A stretch of 64,000 nucleotides of DNA from Octopus sinensis (GCF_006345805.1 NC_042999.1:19468001-19532000); one strand, 5' to 3'. Shown: positions 13,727 to 26,043, counted from the stretch's first letter. Translations and numbers: made by a program. The notes: generated by a model not told the origin, from the sequence alone.

Positions 13727-13780
<54 letters not shown>

Positions 13781-13904
13781 TGTTATAGGATAATATTTAA
13801 ATTTATCACACTAACATGACCAAAACGACTCATGTTAATTTCCACAAACATATGTATGTTGCTAAACTAAGTATTTTTCTGGCAAGCACAAGGACAAATA
13901 ATTT

Positions 13905-14123
13905 GAGCTGGCAGAAATGTTAGCACACTGGTCGAAATGCATAGCCTTATTTCGTCTGCCGTTACGTTCTGAGTTCAAATTCCGCCGAGGTCGACTTTGC
14001 ATTTCATCTTTTCAGGGTCGATAAATTAAGTACCAGTTACACACTGGTGTCGATGTAATCGACTTAATCCCTTTTTCCTTGTTTGTCCCCTCTATGTTTA
14101 GCCCCTTGTGGTTAGTAAAGAAA
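13905..14123 (+). mobile_element. Family B SINE
   Basis: Full family B sequence. Confidence 0.8.
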
Positions 14124-14246
14124 CAAAATAATTTGTGCATACATACATGCATATATATATACATGCATGCATATCATGCCAGCATGGTATGTATGGAATG
14201 TGGATGTTAAGTGATGATGATGACGATATCCATTTATCCCCATCTA

Positions 14247-14286
<40 letters not shown>

Positions 14287-14689
14287 CTCTCTCCAGTATG
14301 GCTGCAGTCGAATGACTGAAACAGCTAAATAACAGAATAATATACATATGTACTGATGTGTGTGTGTACGTGTGTGTTTGTGTGTGTGTGTGTGTTGTAT
14401 TTGTACATACATGCTATTTCATAGCAGTTTGATTCAGCTCTATTCAACTTGACATGAACCTAGCTCTTCAGGCTTAGGTAACTGAATGTAGGAAGTTCCT
14501 GATGATTTTTGGAAATTGGGCTGCTATTAGTCAATGCGGGTCAGATGATATTGTTCATATTGGTATTGATATAATAGTGTCCTTAGACATCTGAATCTGT
14601 ATTTCTAGGACCACGTGCTTGGACAGGCTGTTGGTGGCATCGCATTGTCTAAGAAATGGAGTGAGAATTATTAGCAGTACCACTTGCTG

Positions 14690-14930
14690 ATGTTGTTGTT
14701 GTTAGTCACCTGAAGTGCCTGAGGATAATTCTCAGAAGCACTAGGGCAGCGGAAGGGAGACGAATTATCTTATCCATTGTAGCCCCTAGTTGGTGGATAT
14801 AGTGTTCCACCATCAGGGTCGGACATCTCAGCCAGAGATGTTCTGCAGGTTCCACCTCCTCATTACAGAGTCTGCATTGATCTCTGTCACTGCATCCTGC
14901 CATCTTTTGCCACTGCCTGAGTGCCAGATG
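14690..14930 (-). mobile_element. I/R1/Jockey-group LINE 3' end (CCHC knuckle)
   Basis: CRLCNEEVEPAEHLWLRCP, then a stop and an (AAC)n tail. Confidence 0.55.
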
Positions 14931-15488
14931 CTGCTACTGGTGTGCATGTGTGTGCAGATATACTTGCTGCATGGGTGCATGTGCATCTAGTGCATGAGTA
15001 TGTGTGTATCTACTGCATTTGTGTCTGCTGTGTGTGCTTGTGTGAGAGTTGACAGCATTGCTTCATTGGTGTCTATGGTCACCTGTGCTTGGGTGTGTGC
15101 ATCTGGTTCATGTATATGTGTGGATGTAAGAGTGCATCAGCTGTGGACATGTGTGCACATATACATGTCTATTAGTATTTGCTGTGCATGTGTATGTTTA
15201 TGTGTATATGTATATGCATGCATGTTTGGCATGCACATATGACTGTGTACATATATGTTTGGTATCTATGTGAAACTTTGTATTTGTGTATGTATGTTTG
15301 TATGTGTACATACATATCTACATAAATTGGTGCATGCATGCTTGCATCTGGTATGTGTGTATGCATATCTCTGGTATTTCTCTGTGTGAAAATGCCTGGT
15401 GTATTCTCTGGTGTGTAGACATATCGGACTGGTGTGTGAGCATGTTTGTACTCACATGCTAGTGTGCTGTGTTTGATATATATATATA

Positions 15489-15489
<1 letters not shown>

Positions 15490-15535
<46 letters not shown>

Positions 15536-15594
15536 ACAGCAACAGCAGCAGCAGCAGTAGTAGTAGTGATAGCAATAGCAGCAGCAGCAGTAGC

Positions 15595-15632
<38 letters not shown>

Positions 15633-15856
15633 AGACAGCAATAGCAGCAGAAGCTGCAGCAGTAGCAGCAGCAGTAGTAGTAGTATTAGTAGTAAGTGGT
15701 AGCAGTAGCAGAAGCAGCAGAGTATTAGTAGTAGTAGCAGCAGCAGTAGTAGTATTAGTAGTAGTAGCAGCAGCAGTAGTAGTATTAGTAGTAGTATCAG
15801 AAGCAGTAGTAGTAGTAGTAGTAGTAGTGACAGCAGCAGCAGTAGTAGTAAGTAGA

Positions 15857-15890
<34 letters not shown>

Positions 15891-15945
15891 GTAGCAGTAG
15901 TAGTAGTAGTAGTAGTAGTAGAAGCAGCAGCAATAGCAGTGGTAG
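15490..15945. repeat. (AGT)n/(AGC)n trinucleotide array
   Basis: Direct inspection. Confidence 0.95.
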
Positions 15946-17850
15946 TAAAATGCTATGGTAATTACGTAACCCCAGCACACAAGTGAAATACCACCATTAA
16001 ATGGTCGTTTGGTATTGAGAAACCCCAAATAGAAACTGCAAGTTTGCCACCAGAATATCCCTTCAGTCCCTCCCCAACGATCTAATTATAAAGTTAAAGG
16101 ATATAATTTGCTACCTTTACTGTTTGTATTAAACATGGTTTTATGTACATACGTTTGTGTTTGCTTTTGCATTTACACTGTTGCTATTGTTGTTGTTGTT
16201 GTTGTTGTTACATTACAGCAAACAACTGCAAATGTAAAAATTCTAACAGTATCTGCAAAATCAGCAGAAATGGTGTGCCACAAGACAATACGATTTCATG
16301 CAATTATTCTTCAGTTGGCCTTGCATAAAATAGTATTAATTATTCGAAAGAATTGCTGAAGGAATTAAATTCTCTGCAATCATATCAGGTGGGGATTTAC
16401 CGTTTATAATTCTATAATGTGACTTGGTACGCAGCATGAAGGAAGAATCTTGCTGTTTTTTTGTTACCCTGAATTTCCAATGGATCAAGATATTTGCAAA
16501 CAGAATAATAATAGTAATTGCATGTTTAACTATTATGGCATGTGTCTAAGGATTTTTCAATTTTTCTGGTTCCATTCACACAGTTAAAATAGTCATTATA
16601 ATGACAAATTGTTCATTACACATCCTTCAACTCAAATAACCAGTAATTTTTACCAAATTTATTATATTGAATTCCTTATAAAATTCCTTTTCAAATGTTT
16701 ACAGCTTATACTGAAATAAAGTGCATTTCAATTTTTATTAGTAAAATTTTTCAAAAATTCCTTCATTTGACAAGGATTAAATCCAATTGTAGCAGGTAAA
16801 TGGCGGAGTTAATTAAATAAAATGAAATGTATTATGAGCACTCCTTTTCGCAATGGCTGGTGGACAAAAAGCAAAGAAAATCTTGCTGAGAAGTGAGCTC
16901 AAATTTTAAAAGGATAAAACAAAATATTGTTAAACTCTAATTAGCTATTACTAAAGCTAAGAGTAATTAGTGCATAATTAGGATAAAATAACAATTTGTA
17001 TTGTTAAAGTCATGCGCACTTATATAAATCTTTCATTATATGGTTTGCTATATAACAAGATGTGATGCATTTGATATTACATATAAACACCGCAGAGAAT
17101 CTTCTCCCACGAGGGTTCCTATTGACTTGTGAACTGTGAGTAAATGAAACAGATCAAATATAAAACACCCTGCCCCCTGCATGCATTAATGAATTGTACT
17201 GCTCATTGCTTTTATTTACAAACGGGATTGTGCTATTGAAGATTGAATGACTTTGACAAAGACACATCACACAGCCAAATATTCAATATAAACTATTTGT
17301 ATTTTCAGTTAATAGGCCCTATTGAAACAAATCATGTGAACTTTGTTAAACATACCAACAGAAACACATCCACTGGAGCGATTTTCTGTCATTGAAATTA
17401 CAAAAGCAGCTTGCACACAAACCTCAAAACCAGCAGCTTCTAGTTTTAAGGTTTGTCAGTTGTCAGGTTGCTTTAGTATAATGGCTATCATAGTCAAATA
17501 GGTTGATGGTTCATTTCCTGTAGGTGACTCTGTTTCACAGTTTCCATCACCAAAGGTTATACAACCAGAAATAACATCCAACTTTTATCTTTTGTATTTT
17601 TCAATCATTGAACTTAGGCCAGACTAACACACTGCCTTGAAAGTTAGAGCCAATCAAATTCTCCACCACTAACCACTTATACATGCATATACATGCACAC
17701 ATATACGGTATATACATACAAATATGTGTGGGGGTGTGCGTGTGTGTAATGATAAGGGGAATTGAGATTTTTCACATCCATAAATTTAATTTAACAGTTA
17801 TTTACAGCATATCCTATATATATCCTATATATACATATATATATACATAC

Positions 17851-17905
<55 letters not shown>

Positions 17906-18080
17906 ATAACCCTTAGGGGTTAGCCATATTGAAATGGCAAAAATACGTCACGATGTGTTACCGCTACTGTATATAACTAACTTTGATATTTATCATTGTT
18001 TGATTTCACTTTTTCAATATCAGCGACAGTGGACGCTGGAAAAAGTATAAGTATTGTGAAGGAAATCTAATTCTCGGCGA

Positions 18081-18150
18081 CAACTATGATTGTCACACGC
18101 TGACGAGAGGTCAATACCTCGAAACTCGAGTCTGTGTGTATCATAAGTTG
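18081..18150 (+). ncRNA. Type I hammerhead ribozyme, copy 1 (predicted cleavage after C18132)
   Basis: CACACG-CUGACGA-GAGG(UCAAUA)CCUC-GAAA-CUCGAG-UC-UGUGUG. All core nucleotides are present. Stem I is CACACG/UGUGUG, extended by CAACUAUGAU/AUCAUAAGUUG. Stem II is 4 bp and stem III is the palindrome ACUCGAGU. Confidence 0.92.
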
Positions 18151-18432
18151 AAGACGGGAAGGATGACTTCCTTTGCAAATACTGACAGGACACAGAAAGT
18201 GTGTCTATGGCCAGCTGGAGGAGTGTGTCCTCCTGGGGCTAAAAACTACAGTAGCATCCACCCTTAGGGGTTAGCCATATTGAAATGGCAAAAATACGTC
18301 ACGATGTGTTACCGCTACTGTATATAACTAACTTTGATATTTATCATTGTTTGATTTCACTTTTTCAATATCAGCGACAGTGGACGCTGGAAAAAGTATA
18401 AGTATTTGTGAAGGAAATCTAATTCTCGGCGA

Positions 18433-18502
18433 CAACTATGATTGTCACACGCTGACGAGAGGTCAATACCTCGAAACTCGAGTCTGTGTGTATCATAAGT
18501 TG
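18433..18502 (+). ncRNA. Type I hammerhead ribozyme, copy 2 (predicted cleavage after C18484)
   Basis: Identical to copy 1. Confidence 0.92.
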
Positions 18503-18785
18503 AAGACGGGAAGGATGACTTCCCTTTGCAAATACTGACAGGACACAGAAAGTGTGTCTATGGCCAGCTGGAGGAGTGTGTCCTCCTGGGGCTAAAAACT
18601 ACAGTAGCATCCACCCTTAGGGGTTAGCCATATTGAAATGGCAAAAATACGTCACGATGTGTTACCGCTACTGTATATAACTAACTTTGATATTTATCAT
18701 TGTTTGATTTCACTTTTTCAATATCAGCGACAGTGGACGCTGGAAAAAGTATAAGTATTTGTGAAGGAAATCTAATTCTCGGCGA

Positions 18786-18855
18786 CAACTATGATTGTCA
18801 CACGCTGACGAGAGGTCAATACCTCGAAACTCGAGTCTGTGTGTATCATAAGTTG
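18786..18855 (+). ncRNA. Type I hammerhead ribozyme, copy 3 (predicted cleavage after C18837)
   Basis: Identical to copy 1. Confidence 0.92.
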
Positions 18856-19137
18856 AAGACGGGAAGGATGACTTCCTTTGCAAATACTGACAGGACACAG
18901 AAAGTGTGTCTATGGCCAGCTGGAGGAGTGTGTCCTCCTGGGGCTAAAAACTACAGTAGCATCCACCCTTAGGGGTTAGCCATATTGAAATGGCAAAAAT
19001 ACGTCACGATGTGTTACCGCTACTGTATATAACTAACTTTGATATTTATCATTGTTTGATTTCACTTTTTCAATATCAGCGACAGTGGACGCTGGAAAAA
19101 GTATAAGTATTTGTGAAGGAAATCTAATTCTCGGCGA

Positions 19138-19207
19138 CAACTATGATTGTCACACGCTGACGAGAGGTCAATACCTCGAAACTCGAGTCTGTGTGTATCA
19201 TAAGTTG
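19138..19207 (+). ncRNA. Type I hammerhead ribozyme, copy 4 (predicted cleavage after C19189)
   Basis: Identical to copy 1. Confidence 0.92.
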
Positions 19208-19969
19208 AAGACGGGAAGGATGACTTCCCTTTGCAAATACTGACAGGACACAGAAAGTGTGTCTATGGCCAGCTGGAGAAGTGTGTCCTTCTGGGGCTAA
19301 AAACTACAGTAGCATCCACCCTTAGGGGTTAGCCATATTGAAATGGCAAAAATACGTCACGATATATATATATATAGATATAGATAAATAGATATATATA
19401 GATATATAGGTAGATAGATAGATAGATAGATAGATAGATATATAGGTAGATAGATAGATATAGATATAGATAGATAGAGTGAGCACAAGTGTGTATTGCC
19501 AACACCTCTTATGCCCATCTCCTATGTTCCTGCCTTTAGGCGTTCACTTCATACATGTCAGCTCAATTTGATTCGTTCTCAGTCGAAGGACACCTGTTGT
19601 TTTATTCTTGTTGTTTGTATTTGCAGTTGTGTACCATGCTCTCCATTTATTGTCTTTGTTGCCGTACACATTCACTAGATTTCTTACAAAAAAATCTAAT
19701 GCTCTTAGCTTAGACATTTTTGGGGGGAAACCAGATCGAACTGTCTCAAGTGCCACTTGCCTGAAACAGTAAGGATTTATGGTAACTTGACTGAGGAAAG
19801 AAAGCTACAAATGACCTGTCTTTTTATCGCTGTCCTTCTAATTGTTGTTTCTCTTGTCTGCCTTTGTATTGTCTGTTTGAATGTATTATTGTCTATATTG
19901 TATTTTTGTTCCATTTATATATATGTGTGTGTGTGTGTGTATGTATATATGTATGTATATATAAATGTG

Positions 19970-20000
<31 letters not shown>

Positions 20001-20012
20001 ATATATATATAT

Positions 20013-20052
<40 letters not shown>

Positions 20053-20217
20053 ATATATATATATATATTATATTAAATTAGAGATAAAACCACTATTAGG
20101 CAAATCAAACAGTGAAAATCATAAGCCAATACATAAAATTAATTTTAAAATATGAAAGTTAAAAATTGAAAAATTATTTAAATAATTTAAACTTAAAAAT
20201 TTTAAATATATATACAA

Positions 20218-20262
<45 letters not shown>

Positions 20263-20856
20263 TAGTAAAAAAAACACCTTTTATCAATTCAATAATGAAA
20301 AATTAAATTATACCATTTAGAAAAATTACATATTATAGTAAGATTAAATATAAGATAAAACATATAACGATAATTAAGTAATGTTCAAAATAATAAATAA
20401 AACATATATTTACCTATATGACAATTTCAAATGCTGTAACTAGGAACTTTCTCTTAAATTCCCTGAGGAAGCTGTTTTACTAACTAGATTGTATTGATTA
20501 ATTCTTTAATCATTTAACTATGTAATTATAAATGGATATTCTCTTGGTAAATCAGCTGAAACATATGTCTGATATTTCATTTAATTATCAATGTCTATAT
20601 TTCATGGATTTTATAGATATAAGAATAAATGGATAATTAATTAATATACCAATTTTCCATTGTTAACTTTGGTTTATATTCTCAGGACCTGTGTACATCA
20701 TGTATTAAGAGAAAATTAATTGTTGGAAACACTATGCATTCTTTAGTCCTTTTTCTTTCTGAGACTTACTTTATATCTACCTGGACTTATCTTCCAACTT
20801 CGCTAATTACATATATGTATATATGTGTATGTGTATATGTGTATATATATATATAT

Positions 20857-21161
20857 CACGTGATCACGTGACCGACCAGACCATCAGATGTTGCTACACA
20901 TCACTGGTCACAATGCGTTTGCATTGTTTTAGCCTTCGAATGATGCCACCCCACTGGCTAAGCGAGCAGGCCAACAGAAAAAAGAGTGGGAGAAAGAGTG
21001 GTGAAAGAGTACAGCAGGGATCACCAGCCCCTGCTGGAGCCTTGTGGAGCTTTTAGGTGTTTTCGCTCAATAAACACTCACAATGCCCGGTCTTGGGCTC
21101 GAAACCGCGATCCTGCGACCACGAGTCCACTGCCCTAATCACTAAGGCCATTGCGCCTCCA
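20857..21161 (-). mobile_element. tRNA-derived SINE (family D)
   Basis: GGCGCAATGGCCTTAGTGATTAGGGCAGTGGACTCG..GGTTTCGAGCCC head followed by an unrelated body. Confidence 0.7.
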
Positions 21162-21183
21162 CACATATATATATATATATATA

Positions 21184-21555
21184 GGTTGAGGAGTGGTCGT
21201 GTGGTAAGTAGCCTGCTTACAAACCACATGGTTCTGGGTTCAGTCCCACTGTATGGCACCTTGGGCAAGTGTCTTCTACTATAGCCTCAGGCCAACCAAA
21301 GTGGACTTGGTAGATGGAAACTGAAAGAAGTCCATTGTATATATGTATATATGCATGTATGTGTATGTGTGTGTGTGTGTGTTTGTCCCCCCGACATTGC
21401 TAAGTCCCCCATAACTTAGCGATTCAGCAAAAGAGAACAATAGAATAAGTACTAGGCTTACAAAGAATAAGTCCTAGGATTGATTTGCTCGACTAAAAGG
21501 CGGTGCTCCAGCATGGCCACAGTCACATAACCGAAACAAGTAAGAGAGTAAAAAA
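21184..21555 (+). mobile_element. Family A SINE
   Basis: Head, linker and tail present. Confidence 0.78.
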
Positions 21556-21557
21556 AT

Positions 21558-21590
<33 letters not shown>

Positions 21591-22578
21591 CACAATGAGC
21601 TTCCAAACAGTTTATGTCTGTGAAATTTGCTCACAAGGCATTGGTCAGCCTGGAACTACAGCGGAAGCCACTTGCCCAGGCTGCAGCATAGTAAGACAGA
21701 ATCTTAAAACACATGGCTGCAACACAAGAATCTTAACCTATTTTTTTACTATCCACAAGGGGCTAAACACAGAGGAGACAATCAAGGACAGACAAACGGA
21801 TTAAGTTGATTATATCGACCCCAGTGCGTAACTGGTACTTAATTAATCAACCCCGAAAGGATGAAAGGCAAAGTCGCTCGGTCCAGGAATCGAAACCACA
21901 ATCTTACAATCATGATGCCAACACCCTAACCACTAACCACACAGCTACACCTGCACCTCAATCTATTATTGATAACTCTATTAGAAGCTAGTTAAATATT
22001 TCTTTTCAAGTTTGTCAATGTTTGAAACAAACCAAATGAAAATATTTACAATTTACCATATCCAGGTGACTCTCCTAAATTTGATGGTTGGGAGTTGTCA
22101 GGTTGCTTTGGTGTAATGTTTATCATGGTCATCTGGTATATGACCTACATGTGATTTTGGTTCCATAATTAATTCTGTTCACTTGTTTCCAACAAAAAAG
22201 ATTTATTATCTTGTATACAAACAACTATTATTTATAACTCCATTAGTCTTCTAGTGGCTTCTTAAATATTTATTTTCAAACTACTCACTGCTTCAAATGA
22301 ACTAAATAAAATCCATATACAAACATGTATACATATACATACATATGGATACCTACATATACATATATACAATTAGATAGATAAATGGATAGATAGATAG
22401 ATAGATAGATACATACATACATACATACATACACACACACACATACATACATACATACATACATACATACATACATACATACATACATACATACATACAT
22501 ACATACATACATAGAGAAATAGATAGATATATAGATAGTGAGATAGATTGATACATACATACATATATACATATACAC

Positions 22579-22642
<64 letters not shown>

Positions 22643-22702
22643 GGATGGATAGATATAGATAGAAAGAAAGATAGATGGATAGATAGATATAAAAGGGGTA
22701 AA

Positions 22703-23032
22703 GACCCCCTTCGGTCATGAATGACCATGGGATTGCACCTAGAAAGTTACCCTCCTAGACACAAGCCCGGGCAAGGTTGTTTATGGAAGACCAGCAGTCG
22801 CCCATGCATACCAGCCTCCCCTCTCCACGCCACCAGTGTTATCCAAGGGAAAGACAAAGGTCGATACAGCTTGGCACCAGTGACGTCGCAACTCATTTCT
22901 ACAGCTGAGTGAACTGGAGCAACGTGAAATAAAGTGCCTTGCTCAAGAACACAACACGCAGCCCGGTCCGGGATTCGAACTCACAACCTCACGATCGTAA
23001 GCTCGACGCTCTAACCACTGAGCCATGTGCCT
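22703..23032 (-). mobile_element. tRNA-Arg(ACG)-like-headed SINE (family C)
   Basis: GGCACATGGCTCAGTGGTTAGAGCGTCGAGCTTACGATCGTGAGGTTGTGAGTTCGAATCC head; colinear with 55478-55808. Confidence 0.82.
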
Positions 23033-23144
23033 TCATAGATAGAGAGATAGATAGATAGATAAATAGATAGACAGACAGACAGACAGACAGATTGATAGAT
23101 TGATACATACATACATACATAAATACATGCATACATACATACAT

Positions 23145-23955
23145 AAAGCCATTTATCATGGACCAATAGCCGGATTACTACCTTCCACTTTGAAGAGTAT
23201 GCATTTGCAATCTAGGAACAGGAAATATCAATCAAGTACCTGATGGACAAAAGGGATAGAGATGCAGGAGAAGCCGTAAAATGTGACAACCAATGCAGAC
23301 TTTGTGGGGTCAGCACTGAAGATATTCTCCACATCATAAGCAGTTGTCCGAAAATATCATTAAGGTATTATCTACTGATGAGATGTGATGTTGTAGCTAG
23401 GACACTCTGTAAGGGAATCTCTCAGAAGGATAATCCAGAGGACAAATAAATAAGAACCCACAGTATGGTAGCAGCCATAGCCTTTCATAATAAAAGGGAA
23501 TACTGGTGGAATGCACCAGCGAAGACCTCAATAAAATGTAAGCACAATGGACCTGATATCATGATTTGGGTTAGAGAAGAGAAACTGTGTACAGTTGTGG
23601 AAATTAGCTGCCCAGCGGATATTAATATAAAGCTGAAGAACAATGAAAGAGAGAATACCTATGCTGAACTATTGAGAAATCTGCAGTTACTCTATCTTGA
23701 TTACAAGTTCAGATTTATACCTGTAATTATTGGGGCCCTGGGATATGTAACACACTGCCTAAATACCAATCTTGAGAAATTAGGTTTTTAAAAATTCAGA
23801 AAGGAGAAGGCTAATTCAAAAACTAAAGATTCAATCCATTACTGGAACTGTAAAAATCTGTAAAACTTTCCAGAAGTTTCTCATTTAAATATATATGAGC
23901 ATGTCTTGGTATGGAACTATATGCATGAGAATACATATTTAAAACATACAAATCT
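23145..23955 (+). mobile_element. R4/Dong-clade LINE 3' fragment (CCHC finger + restriction-like endonuclease), decayed
   Basis: CRLCG..EDILHIISSCP...(R)CDVVAR...HNGPDIMIW...VEISCP...IPVIIGALG with in-frame stops; flanked by (CATA)n. Confidence 0.85.
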
Positions 23956-23974
23956 GCACATACATACATACATA

Positions 23975-24270
23975 CGTCACACAGCTGCATTTTCATTACA
24001 CAAGAAAAGCCATTACCAAGAAGACTTACTGAGATGATTCATGATTGTTGCCATGTGATGCCCCTATATGACTTCTAAGCCCAGCCAAGCTTTTACACAT
24101 TTTATTACATACTAGACAACTGTGCTGGTTGGCAAGAGAAACAGGGGCCACCCTATGCACTCTCTTAACATGTCTTTTTAGACCTCCAACTGAGAGGCAC
24201 ACCCTTCCACATTTTACACATGTTCTGTTATGAATTTTAAGAGCCACGTACATACATATATACAAGCAAA
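23975..24270 (-). mobile_element. Older RTE-BovB-like 3' fragment with two C2H2-type fingers
   Basis: CVKCGRVCLSVGGLKRHVKRVH..CLVCNKMCKSLAGLRSHIGASH. Its 3'UTR resembles 40990-41030 and ends in (TATG)n. Confidence 0.65.
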
Positions 24271-24411
24271 AATACCCTGTTGTTCATGTTGAGATTCCAA
24301 TGAAGGAGGCTTGAATCTAGGTTAGAAACCAGTTCTTTTTCTATAAGCATTTCATCAATTAAGCATTTTGCGTGGTGTGCAAACGATTTTGCCAGCCCAA
24401 GTAATAATAAC

Positions 24412-24719
24412 AACAAAAGCACTGAGAGAGTGCAAACCTCTGCCAAAGCAACACCAATGTCCTCTCAAGGATTAGCCAGAGATGATTTTTAAAATGAGAA
24501 TATCGGAAATAAACTCAACTACTCTCAGAAACGGGAATACTAAAAATGAACCCGACTACTCTCATAAAGTAAGTAAAGTGACTGGAAAAATAATCCAGAT
24601 TCCTTGTCCGGTCCCAGATCAATCCCAAAGTGAAAGCAGTTCATGCTGGTCATGAGGCCAAATGTCTCTGAAAGTTTCATCCAAATCCATCCAGAGGTTC
24701 TTGAGATATCTCATCCACA
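24412..24719 (+). mobile_element. Possible Helentron-associated non-autonomous element (HINE-like)
   Basis: AACAAAAGCACTGAGAGAGTGC start and AAGTTTCATCCAAATCC..TTGAGATAT 3' motif resemble such elements as recalled; not verified. Confidence 0.4.
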
Positions 24720-25140
24720 GCGCAGGAGTGGCTGTGTTGTAAGTAGCTTGCTTACCGACCACATGGTTCCAGGTTCAGTCCCACTGCGTGGCACCTTGAA
24801 CATGTGTCTTCTACTATAGCCTCAGGCCGACCAAAGCCTTGTGAGTGGATCTGGTAGACGGAAAACTGAAAAGAAGCCCATCGTATATATGTATATATGT
24901 ATATATATGTGTATGTGTGTTTGTGTGTCTGTGTTTGCCCCCCCCCCCCAACATCACTTGACAACCGATGCTGGTGTGCTTACACCCCATAACTTAGTGG
25001 TTCAGCAAAAGAGACTGTTAGAATAAGTACTAGGCTTGCAAAGAATAAGTCCTGGAGTTGATTTACTTGGCTAAAGTCGGTGCTCCAGCATAGCCGCAGT
25101 CAAATGACTGAAACAAGTAAAAGAGTAAAGAGTAAAGAGT
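24720..25140 (+). mobile_element. Family A SINE
   Basis: Head, linker and tail present. Confidence 0.8.
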
Positions 25141-25867
25141 ACGAACAAACAAACAAACAAACAAACAAACACAACTGAAAACAATGCCTCTGCCTTCACT
25201 AAGGCAGTGGTAATAATCCTTTCTTCAATGAAAGGATTTGAAATTGAAGGGAAGGCCTGAAATTTGTGGGAAAGAAGTAAGTAGACCACATCAACCTCAG
25301 TACTTGACTGGTACTTAATTTATCAACCCTGAAAGAATGTAAGGTAGAGTCAAACTCGGCAGATTTTGATCTCAGAATGTAAAGAAAGACAAAATGCTGC
25401 TAAGCATTTTGCCCAGCATACTACAAATTCAGCCAGCTCATAGCCTCACTAATAATAATAATAATAATGTTGTTAATGATAATCATCACAAATTATAGCA
25501 CAATGACAGCAAGTTTGGATTAGGGGATATATCCATTACATCAACTCCCAGTGTGTAACTGGTATTTATTTTATCGTCCCTGAAAGGATGAAAAGCAAAA
25601 TTAACCTCAGCAGAATTTCAGCTTAGAATGTAAAGATGATGTAATGCAGTTTAGCATTTTGTCCCATGTGCTAATGATTCTGCTAGCTTGCCAATAATAA
25701 TAATGATAGTAATAATAATAATGCTTTGTTGAGGACAGCAAGGATTTTGAGATCAGTACTAGAATGTCAAGTATCGCAGAAAAGGACCCCACGAGACCCT
25801 TGACAAGAGGTTGTTGCCCGCTCTAACAGAATTAACCGTAGAAAGTGAAACTGAGAGCTATGAGAAA

Positions 25868-25930
25868 TGAAACGATAATAATAATAATAATAATAAGAAG
25901 AATAAGAATAATAATAATAATAATAACAAC

Positions 25931-25963
<33 letters not shown>

Positions 25964-26008
25964 AATAATGATAATAATAACAACAACCATACTAATAATA
26001 ATGATAAC

Positions 26009-26043
<35 letters not shown>

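Larger units (their letters stand above)
17909..19363 (+). mobile_element. Hammerhead-ribozyme tandem array (retrozyme-like): 4 full ~352-bp units plus a 45-bp partial unit
   Basis: The unit start CCCTTAGGGGTTAGCC recurs at 17910, 18261, 18614, 18966 and 19319 (periods 351-353). Units are near-identical, each full unit contains a hammerhead core, and the array is flanked by (TA)n on both sides. Confidence 0.88.

Noticed and set aside
17906-17923. Telomere-like TAACCC/TTAGGG at the array start
   Set aside because: A single occurrence, and the TA comes from the flanking microsatellite; not a telomeric tract.
17909-19363. Array as a CRISPR or as a protein-coding tandem (MFDFTFSIS... ORFs)
   Set aside because: Units are entirely identical with no unique spacers and no cas genes, in a eukaryotic context. 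The short ORFs shift frame with 1-nt indels.
22960-23032. tRNA-Arg gene (also 55478-55550)
   Set aside because: No proper acceptor stem or terminator, and it continues into a shared SINE body.
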